A DNA stretch of 41,682 nt, taken from positions 1-41,682 of the forward strand of contig LPNZ01006180.1 of the NCBI GenBank assembly GCA_001655205.1. The letters run 5' to 3'. Origin of the DNA: Lenisia limosa. Its lineage: Eukaryota > Protista > Breviatea. Both the position numbers and the translations under genes were made by a program. The notes beneath the pieces were generated by a model. It ran no database searches. It was given only the letters and a program-made list of their open reading frames with translations, and was not told the origin of the DNA. Shown piece after piece: positions 14,201-24,500 of the stretch (position 1 is its first letter; each line of letters opens with the position of its first letter).

Positions 14201-14705
14201 ACAATGAAGAATGGACAACACTGATGCTGCTAGGAAGAAGCCCATGCCATGCCGACTCACCACCTGAGATCGTCGTCAGGTTGTGGTATATCAATATCCA
14301 CGCTTTTTTGTGTAGATAGATTACATATGCCTCCCAAAAGTATAGAAGTAATGGTGAATAAAAGTAGATTTTATGAGTATGTTTTGCTCAAAGAGGCATG
14401 TCTACAATGCCTTGGAGGACTATCGGGCCAGGTCCAATACTGCTATGCACAACCCTTACTACATCAACCTTGAGCCTTCAAACCTGCTCATGTACAACGT
14501 CATAGATATTCTAAATAGTTGGTTGGGGAATAATATGGCCTACAGAAGACATTCTCAGGTGGGCTTTCAGCCCCCATCGTTTGACATCAGCATCGTCATT
14601 GCTGACAGGCTCGGAGCTGTCAAGCAAGGACATTTCTTGGTCCGTTCTACTCTCCTCGTCGCTCTCAAGGAGGGGCTGCTTGAGCTGTTGCTCACTGCAA
14701 GACAT
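2219..14705 (-). CDS. STRA6L: Giant STRA6/RBPR2-like (RBP-receptor family) multipass membrane protein with a long N-terminal beta-rich, Ig/filamin-like region; dozens of exons
   Basis: Spliced minus-strand exons give STRA6-family signatures in the expected order: FQKRHLASLF...AYFTYPIRLWTTFW (~5830-6000); SQQAFLVANIIGCSVCLWVWRDIFWRFKMKVLAIRKGEKFY...SSFYTGLQASRFIIIMVIF (3540-3880); RLKNSFFPVYDLLTIVSYVFGG...ALANFVRIDK (3050-3230); AYLTMVVCHAHHQNPIFLVFCRIM (2880-2945); TSRAQKRWLKAYTLLRNP (2653-2815). The exon phase across the ~1 kb intron (4487-5498) is compatible. Same-strand exons continue to ~14.2-14.7 kb. The start (14705, or a signal-peptide-like MGFFLAASVLSIL at 14245) and the stop (2219 or 2299) are uncertain. 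Confidence 0.72.
3318..3373. repeat. 28-bp tandem duplication at an intron 5' splice site
   Basis: gaattacaagccaaagccacgtagagta followed by gaattgcaagccaaagccacgtacttga. On the minus strand the first copy carries the GT donor (gtacgtggc) and the second has lost it. Confidence 0.85.
4641..5342. mobile_element. MITE-like non-autonomous DNA element with 59-bp terminal inverted repeats, inside an intron of the STRA6-like gene
   Basis: 4641-4699 (tcaaagctccggacatcattcaaaattccctgacacatcaaaactcccggacagcttga) matches the reverse complement of 5284-5342 with 3 mismatches. There is no internal ORF, the flanks are TA-rich, and there is an internal N gap. No target-site duplication could be resolved. 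Confidence 0.75.
6852..6889 (-). repeat. 38-bp dispersed intronic motif, copy 2
   Basis: The reverse complement reads gctacagaagcgactggcctgggttttgtttgttttgt. It lies in the intron between STRA6-like exons ending LLVP and starting ANAEARAIG. Confidence 0.85.
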
Positions 14706-15564
14706 TTCTGATAGTTAAGTGACACAGTTCATCATCACGGAGGGGGTGCAAGCGTGGGTGGGAGGTTGTGGGAGGGTAGCAGCTCACTCTCAATACCAAT
14801 ATCCCAATCTTCTTAAGTGTGATTTCGACTTTACTACTTCTTCTCTTCTTTCTCGCTCCACAATCTGGCCACAACAACAATCTCCAGACAATCTCACTGA
14901 ATCTTCTCGCTCAAAACAAATATCGGTCATTCCGAGCCAACTTAAAATTTGTCACAAATATAGTAGTGCTCCTTGCAACAACCGTGCAATTAATTAATTA
15001 ATTGCCAATTTGACGGGACATATTGTCATGGGAACTCCATTTCAGACACTTTGATTCCCCCAAAATGTGTTCACCACTGTACACCGTACACCGCCACTAT
15101 AGAAAACTCGAAAACCGTACACCGCCACTGCTTTTCGGAACCCTCCTGGGGCTGTCTGAGGGAGATGGATTGTTGCTATTTTGGTTTTTTTTTTTTTTTT
15201 TTTCTGGGANNNNNNNNNNNNNNNNNNNNNNNNNNNNNNNNNNNNNNNNNNNNNNNNNNNNNNNNNNNNNNNNNNNNNNNNNNNNNNNNNNNNNNNNNNN
15301 NNNNNNNNNNATATGAACAAGTTAAACAAGTTAATTTACCCCCTAGCCCTCGCGCGCACTTTGACACTGCTTACCCCAATATGCCTTCGACCCCCTCCAT
15401 GATAGTGACATTTTGATATTGTGTATAAAGCCTTCACTCCGTCACATTTCATTTCAGCAATGGTGACAATACAAACGAATAAATAAAACAATAAGTGGCT
15501 GATAAGCATAGGGTGGGTGAAGTTTCACTTCGCCCTTGTCATAAGGAATTTGCAGGGAGAATTC

Positions 15565-18500
15565 TCATGAATCTTCCATCCTATACAGTAAAAATCAAAG
15601 ATAGCACTTATGCAATCATACATCTGAATGAATTCCTCTCTTGTCAACTCCTTCCTCTTGGTGTTCGGTTCAAGGTATCGCTAGAATGTCAACCTTTTTC
15701 CTGACAGATAACATGAATTTCATATTTGTACAGGTAGAGTAAGAGGACTCAAGAGAAATGGACCACCACGAACAATAGAACCTTGATAACAGTCCAGAAA
15801 ATTAAAATTTGCTTTTTTAAATAACAAACAAAACGCTTACCGAGAGGCGAAGATTCAAGTCAAATGTTTCAATTAAATCGTCAATCTGCGACAACTCAAT
15901 TGTGGACGCTCCTACACCCACTGCCTGGTCGAATGCATCCCCTGATTGTGAGAAGTGCATTCTGTTGTGTTGATAAAAGGAATTACATTGAATAAGAATA
16001 CTCAAGGAGCTGAACTACAATTCTATCTTTGCACGAAGTTACCGCACATAAAAACATATTGTAGTATATCTAGTACATATTTTACATGATATGATATGTA
16101 TAATATATGTATAACCCCTTGACGTAAGGTTCACAACCTACCAAATAAGTCTCTGTTGGTTTTCTTCTGATTTCGGGTTGAAACTGCTTTCCATCGTAGA
16201 ACTTGGACAATTTCAGTGAAGGACTGAAATGCTATGTTGTCAACTTATTACGCACGATCAAACGGGAGAATAACTGAGGGAGCTATGTTATGACAACAAG
16301 AAGTTACCCTATATTCATTTAGAAACGCGAAAAAGAGAGGGGGGGGGTGCTTGATCACTCAAAGCAAAAGAGAACACACACGAAGCCCAATCCCACATAT
16401 TTGCGCAGTCAGCTCATGGACCACTTCCAAGACTGCAGCCTCCACTTCTTCGTCTGACATACTCAAACACACCCCTGTTTACGTCATGGACACACAAAAT
16501 TTGGAAGGTAAAGCTTGACCCACCCTTTAAAGCATGCTGTACCTCGCTCAAGCCGATCCAACCTCGCCCTCCATCCGAACTGAACAAATTATATCATGGT
16601 CTGGTATGCTGGTCTTTCAAAGACAAGAAAATATATGAAATAAATCTAGGGAGCAAACATGAGAGAGTACATTAAAAATGATTATAATGGTTGCCAATGA
16701 AACAAAAAGTGCAACATTATTGAAGAAGTTATAATAATGGAACGGAACCTCTGATCAACCGAACGCATTTGCACTCCACTGATGAGCTCACTTGTTGAAT
16801 GCGGATCTGCAAATGTCGACCGCATCAGTTAGGGGCATCCTGAGTGATATGTTTGGGGTGTTTTGCAAAGTTTGGGGGAAGCCAAAGTGTGTCAGAATTT
16901 TTTATATTTTGCTACACGCAGAAAAGAGTTGGAGAAGAAAAAAGTGGATTGGGGGAGAGCAGGGGAAGAGGGCAGAGACAAACTATAAAAAGGAAAATAT
17001 TCTGGGGGAATGCCTTGCTCATCAGGTATAAAAAAACGCCAAACCATCTTCTCACTGAGCACATCATTGAAAATAAGAGTTATACTACGCTAAAATCACG
17101 TTAAGGTCAGCTTAGAGGGTATATTGAGCTACATTAAGAATACGGAAAATACTATGTCGGCGCTCTCACTGTTACTGAGGGGAGAAGGGCCTTTGTCCTT
17201 CCGTTCAGACGAATAGTTTAAGATGCTCTTTGAGTACCACAATTTTGGAGATTCTCCCTCTGGTGGAATAGTTTTCAACCCATAAGTTGATCATACCAGG
17301 TCTTGTCCTTGGCTCTGGTACCCCCAGCCTCCGCAAGGATGCTTCCGCGCTCGTCCACAGTCGTTGAGATCTGTGGCGTTCCTCTAAATGACCCTGACAT
17401 GCTAATGTTAACCCAGGTGGGGTGGAGCCTGAAATTGAATGCGATGAGTCGTGCTACCTGTCCAAGTCCAGTGTCTTGTGTGACTGATGTGGGTTTCCAT
17501 TCGTTTCGTTTGTCTCATGTTTAGACTGTAATTTTCCCTTTGTACGACCCCATTTGCCAGTTGCTATCTTGTAGTAAAGAAGAAAATGTGGTCTTGATGG
17601 TTACCTTGGGTTGTAAATAGAGACGTTGCACTGGGGTATAGTGCTAATATATGTACATATCATGACGATGAATACTATGGAAATAATGAATATATTAACA
17701 AAACCATTATGAACGGTTTCTGTGTGATACCTGCTTTTTCTTCCTGTTTCTCCGTAATATGCCATGCACAGAGGCATCAGTTTAGCTGTAGTGGTGACAA
17801 CGTAGGCCTTTTTCAGTGCCACCTCCACGAAGAACTTGGGAGAACTCAGCCAGTTGGTTTCCCTCAAGTGGGTGGATGCAATATACCTTCCTGACATGGA
17901 CCAATGGGCAAGATTGTTCTCCAAGCGCATCTTGACAATTGAGGGACTGTTGTTGCCTCCTCCTACTCTGCTGTACTGTTACAGATGGGGCTGGTTTGTT
18001 AATGGTGCTCGTGTTGTGACATTTAGATACCCGATGGCCTCCTTTCAACTTCCAAATACTTCATAACGGCAAATGGCGCAAGTAGTGTTCCTCCCGGGTC
18101 TTGCGGCATTCCAATGTAAATTGCCTGGGTTTTTTGACTTTTTAGTACATCTTGAAATGAATTCATTTGGAGTTTAAAGAAGATGAATACATCAAAAGCA
18201 TGCAACCACAGCCGTTTTCATTGTTTCAGGTCAGATGACTACATTGCTAAATACGGATGCGACATGATGCCATCCGAGCTCTCTTTGGCACAGGTTAGTT
18301 GCTGAATTGATACATTTGATCATTCCATGGTTTCCCAGTCTTTTGGTTGTGGGGTATAGATGTAGGATTAGTTTCATTGAGGCAAAGGTCATCATCTTTA
18401 GGGTATGGTTGAGCCATCCATCTGTTTTGGGATTCAATAATTTCGTTTGCTGTCTGAGTTTTGCCCTCTTTTTATTCCCCGTTTTCCATTGGACATAGTC

Positions 18501-21470
18501 TCACGTTGTAGCAAAAAAATAGGTGGAGCTTACTAGTTCGGCCGCCAACGCAGTCAGCATATATTGACCAGGAAGACGGTCTCAAGGTCTGGCAAGGGAT
18601 GTCTAGGAGTGATGATCAAACCGCTGCAAATCTACATACGATCAATTATTTCAGCGGCATTTTATTTAATTGAGCATTATTCGATTTTGACCACTTCAGG
18701 TTTTGTCCCAAGTAACTGCCATTGACGTGAACACGGACACTACCGTAGTCATTTCAAACACCGTGTCATGGGACGAAACTTTCACCCTCTTTGAAGAACC
18801 GGCTCACTTCCTTCCCGTTCATCGCTGTTTTCGTGGGTCAAAGCCAATGGATTATGAACTATTTGGAAGCTCTTTGAGGACGAGAGATGAGTGCTGTTGT
18901 CACCAATTATATTGCCTTTTTTGTACTGTGTGTTACGCTTATTATCTACTTCTTAACGAAGACGCCGCCACAAAACTTTGTAAGAAGCCTTCTGATTTGT
19001 TTTCTGCTGAAGTGTTGCAATTAGCCAGGACAAAATAATTGAACAAGAAAAAAGAACAAGGGGTGCTGTTTTTGCAGAGTAGTCCAATAGTGAGTGTCTC
19101 TAACTCCCCAGGATAACGTGGTTATGTCAATGGATTCGACCAAAGAGAAGTAGGAAGAGTTGTTGGCCTCCACTTTGCAAATCTGAATAAAAATGGATAT
19201 TACTCAGAAACTCTTTCTCACCGCCAAGCCCGAAACCTGCCCCCACCGCCGCCCCAGAGAGTTTTGTCATCCCCAAGTTAGCACTGGGCATATCAAGTCC
19301 CGGCGGAGGGGTGAGTGCCACCCCTGTTAGCGCCAGGTTAGTCCAGGTCTAATGCGATGTACATACCACGACCATTCTCTTACCCCGTAGAAGTAGCAAG
19401 AAGGTGGTTCCTCTAAAGTATCAAAAGTTCAATATCGCATAGATCAGGACGTTACTCGCCAGCAAGATCAAGAGAACAGCGTAAAAGACAAAAGAAACGA
19501 GAGTACTTCCACCTGCATAAGCGACACTGTATGTTGTGTAGTTTCACTTTGGTCGAAGACAGGATCAATCCATCAATCCCCATTCCTTGGCAGCAACTTA
19601 TAAATTACAGCTCTCCACCTCGTCTATCCCCTAGCCACACCTCGCTCCACCCGAAGTGAGAAACGGATTATCATCATGAATTCGTTAATTTTCTAGTTAC
19701 ATGATATATTATAAGATATCAGATAGAGTGACCTATTTTCCTTGACCCCCCCTTATTTGAATGCTTAGTGTGTTTATGTTTTTGGCTGTGTGGCCATTAG
19801 ATTAGTGTTAAATGTGATGTATTTTGAGACCAATAAAACAGCTTGGAATTGGAAAGAGCTTCTCTCGTTAGAATACTCGTAGAACAACTTGGCCTTTACT
19901 CTTGTTTAGTTGCTCTGAAGTCATCTACTCTATGGAATATCAAAGGCAAATAGAAGTACTAATACCATCAGTAAACGTTAAAAAGAATACTCTGAGAGTG
20001 TATATTGTGGTTTCGAGAACGTGAAATCGAAGTCACAAAATATGGCCATCCAAAAATAAGGTATCCCCACCTTTTCAACCAGTCTTGCGCAAAGACGATG
20101 TAGGCCTTTCGAACTACCCTGTCTTCATCATCTGTGACGGAATAAGAAAAATAAAAATTCTATTTCGGATTTTACATTTCCTTTTGAAACGCACTTCACA
20201 AATCATCCCCATTTACCAGTGCAATGCAAGCGATCAGCATCCTCCATCGATGTCACAATCACATGCTCAATCCTATTTGTTTCATCTTGGATAAGGAACG
20301 AGTATTGTTTCCCCTCTAAATAGTTAATTTATTGGTATTGTACACTCCAAGAAAAATGAAATCTAACATTCCAATAATAATGCATAAAATTGACATGACA
20401 AACCTGCAATCCACGCCTCAAGTTGATCCGTATACTTCTTAATCGTGCACTTGAAAATGTCAACCTCTCTTCTGACGCCCCTAAAGGTCGATATGATCAA
20501 CATCCTTCTCACAACATATATGATGATATATATATATATATATATATTAATACACAATATATTCTACATATCATTATGAAAACATATGATATCAGTTTTC
20601 AAACTTCAAGCTAAAAATCCCAACGGCTTACACGAGGGGCGCTGTCGGCACTGCTGCAGAGGAACACATCAGAATACCAGGCATACCATCCTGGTAAATG
20701 AGAGGAAAGACAAAGCAGCTGCTTTACACTGAGGAGGTTACACGGAGGGGGTAACACTGAGGGAATGATAGTGCTTACTAAGGGCTTTTACCCCCCCCCC
20801 TCCACATTACCAACAATGATATTTGAAGGGAAGGCTTTTGTTGTGTGCTTGATAGCTACTTTAGCTAGGCTACTGCGTAAGAAGCTGGCAATTGTAATGT
20901 TCATGATGTTAACCAAATATTCAATAAGCCCGCCCACAGAACAGTAACTCTTGAAGGGTCATGTTTGACTTCTTTAGCCACAGCTTCTATAAACACCTGT
21001 TATGTAAACATTTGATCTACATTATTACATATCAAGCTTTTCATAACCCAACAACGCACTTTTGGGGATTTAGTCTGATCAAGCTCGGCTGTCATTGGCT
21101 TCCCCCTATACTTCAGCTTCACTACAAACATAACTACGGCCAGAGGGATGTCGAAGTGACACGCAAATCACATTGAAAAATAACAACTATTTCGTGTTTT
21201 TCCAAGAGTAGTTGTAAAGATCGCACAAGAAATGGACAAAACAGCGCATACCAGTGATGGGTGACATTGGATCCCAAAGTGTATGAGGTGATTCGTAATC
21301 ACTGACAAAAAGTGGTTATTACCGGGTAAAATGTATATTTTTATATTTTTAAAACTATTTAAAGAGAGAAAAGCTTTAGAGGTGCAAACGGGTTTGCAAA
21401 AAACAGACAAAAAGACAAACATCCATGAATTGATTACGAATTTTAAAACAGCCGCATATCTCTCCGACAT
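15565..21470 (-). CDS. Uncharacterised multi-exon protein with a LamG/ConA-like motif and a C-terminal calmodulin-like EF-hand pair
   Basis: A chain of GT-AG-bounded minus-strand exons includes ELGWHHVASVFSN-AIYIG (~18110-18280, LamG/pentraxin-like WHHV motif) and MPLTDAVDICRSAFNNSDGGRGWIGLSEVQHALKGVCLSMSDEEVEAAVLEVVHELTAQICGIGLPFQSFTEIVQVL (16130-16835, EF-hand-like with G6/I8/E12). Several exon phases, the start and the stop are unresolved. Confidence 0.5.
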
Positions 21471-21562
21471 TCCAGCATGCAAATTCTTCTCTTTGGCATG
21501 TTTTTTTGGAATTTTGAATTAAAAAGAAAGTTAAAAATATATCGACTATCAGAAAAAGGATA

Positions 21563-24500
21563 ATGCCCGAAAAAGAAGAAGGTGAGGCCATAAGTGCACC
21601 TTCAGCCTCCCATCCATACGACAATGGTAATTTTTGCTATGACAAGAATGGGTGGAAGCTGCTTATGCGGCTTTTACCCGCCCCCTTCCTCTCCCCCCTC
21701 ATCCCTCAGGGGCCTCTGTTGTGCCGCTCTCAACCGACGATGTTGTCCTCCCTGAAAAGCAAGAGGAATTCAAATTGTGGTACACTGACTGGTTGGTGGT
21801 GGAGTGGTGAGGGTGTGTGCGGTGTGTGGGTTAAATTTTATCAGTCAAACTGTGAATTCTGCCATAATTGGTGGAAACTTATGCCATAACTTTTGTAGGG
21901 TTGTGAAGAACCCAAGGAAAGGGTGTATCATGGCGTGCTGCACCATGGTAAGTCAAGATTTCAAATGCAGGCTCTTTAGTGAAACAAGCTTTCATCATGT
22001 TGTTGCAACCCTAAATGATATATTTCCTCATCTCCCGCGATGTTCACAATGTAGTGCTGCCTCTTCCCCATCATCTGCATAGTCATGGGTATTTCCTTCG
22101 GGTCTTGGTTCTTCAACTTCTCAACGGAGGTGAGCTTGGCCAAAGGGGTGGCTTGTGGAATAAGTAAAAAAGGAATGTTGGTTTGTTTGCTCATATTCAT
22201 CGCCTGCACCGCCATGTCAACTTTTTCGATGGTCAACAAGTTGCTCTTTAGATTCCCATCTACCTTCGAGGGGAGTCGCAGCAGGACATGTTTGACGCCT
22301 ACGTTGTTGGATTTGTGAGGGGGAACCGTGTCCTTCCTTTGAGTTGCTATGTACGGAATACGATTGACAAAGCAGGATTTGGAGAGCGGAGACTCAGAGA
22401 AGCCTCAGCTTGTGCGATCAATGACTATGAATGCCAAGGTTTGCCCCTCTTTTTGAGTCACATCTAGGGCCAAGAATTGAACCTGGAGCTCTTCTGGGTG
22501 GCGAAGAATGACGAAGATGTGTTTTCACTCGACAATCTTAAGGTATGTCCCTTTTGCCCTTTGTCACATTTCAGCACATTAAATATGTGGAGGACCGCAT
22601 TATGGCCAGTGAAGATTTCAAGAAGATCTGCCATCTCGACTGGACTGAATCGCAGCTCGCTGCCGCCGCCAATGGTTTGCCAACTTCAGCTTTTCTATCT
22701 TGAGTGTCAACGTTACACACTGAAGTTATCAATAAAGGATGAAAATCCTCATATGCGCAAATAATTATACACATCTAATTCGGATACTGAAGCACTTATG
22801 GTATTGTAGGTTCTTTGAATGTTGAAGCTATGAATTCCGGTACTCTTCCTGGCTGCAAGCCGCTCTCATCTGTGACAATGGTTTGCTCTTAGATCATCAT
22901 TAGAAGTTAAAGCATAAGACTATTTTTCTATTCACAGTGATATTTTCGTTTTGACAACCACAGGCTTGTAACCCCAGCCTTGGACTGCCCTGCACAGACA
23001 AAGCATCCCTCCCTGCGGGTCTTTACAGCTGCGAAATAGGTAGGCTGTTCAGCCTAATCCCTGCGTAGAATACCACAGCTGTTGACTCTTACGATAGGGA
23101 CGTAACATTAACCATATAGCCGAGGGCTGTTCTCGTGATGAAACTGTTCTTAATGAAGCATTCATGAACGCCAAAATCGCGGAATATGCTAATTCTGACA
23201 ACTTCAATGGTTTGTGCTCGTAATGGCATACTTTCGAAACTTTGACATTTATACAAGCTGACGCAACAGTGACGGGGATTGCTTCGTTCTACGAAATGAC
23301 TGACAACACCTTCGGAAACGGCGTGTTGAAGGCCCAGGCCGTACGAACTCTGTATGTTGGCTGTATTTTTTTCTCTCCCGGGATTCAACCCGGTCGGGAC
23401 AGACTTCTACTTCAAAATTTATCGAGAATTCCTATTTTTTTGGCTTCTTATGCTGACTGTTTAGCATTCCTCTTGGCTTGCCTCTCCCTGATTATGTCAA
23501 CATTGACAAAGACTTTGTGAAACAAGAGCAAGATGTAGGCATGGTGCTTCACTTTGGTCAAAACGGACTTTTATTATCTAGGTTATATATAATACATATG
23601 ATATGTATACTAGATGATTTGAGTCTCACAAGTATGCTTAGCTTGGGACGAAATTGTTCAACAACTTCGATTCGATGCTTAGCGGAGAGTCAACATCGCA
23701 TTTGGAGGTTCGTTTTGTTCACTGATTGTTCTTTCTTATCTTGATGGATTCTTGTTTATAAGACTATTGTATCAATTCCACGCACCGCATATCTCTACAC
23801 AGGCAGCCAGTTACTCTTTAGCTTCTTTTCACTGGCCCGGCTATGTTGGACATTTACATGGGTGAAACGATGATGATGGACTTTCTTTGGGCTCTGGCAC
23901 CGTTCTTCTTCCTTATGGCTGTCTTGACGTTCAGTGCTAAGTTGGTGGTGGTCAAATAGAGAGCATGTGAGCTTATTTTAGTTCTGATAACAATATGCAA
24001 TCATGTTTAGTTCGGATTGTGAAGATATTTTCATTATTTTCATTTTGCATTATATCATGACTTTTAGGTCGCTCTTTTTGGGTTCAGCTGGGATGGCCCA
24101 GATTGCGCTGTGCTTCTTCCCCGCCTTCCTTTGGTACCGCTTGATCTTCCAACACAACTACTTTGGGGTATGCAGCACCAAGAAGAAGCAGTTTCACTTT
24201 TCAGATATTTAACGTCCTTGCGGTCTTCATCATCCTTGGAATTGGTGTTGATGACTTGTACATTATCCTAGTAAGTAATACTCTTGTCCCATTAACTTCA
24301 GGAAACATGGAATTTAGCTCTTATGGACCCCGAGGTTTCAACTCTTTCTCTGTCTTCAAAAATAGCGTGGTGGGTGAGGGGGATATGTTGTTTGTTCCTT
24401 TTGATTTTTTGAGCTTCAAAAACAGTATGTAATTAACAGTTCTTACAATGACAGAATTTATTACTTCAGTCTTGTGTAACACCTTTTAGGACTGTGAGGA

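Noticed and set aside
14318-14375. In-frame TAA before a hydrophobic stretch (YS*NLLLFTITSILLGG), suggesting stop-codon readthrough or a variant genetic code
   Set aside because: A canonical GT-AG intron removes it in the correct phase, and other genes terminate normally at TAA, TAG and TGA.
19200-19330. Apparent in-frame TGA (TWG*QNS) suggesting selenocysteine or TGA reassignment
   Set aside because: A 48-nt GT-AG intron spans it in phase, and no SECIS-like element was recognised.
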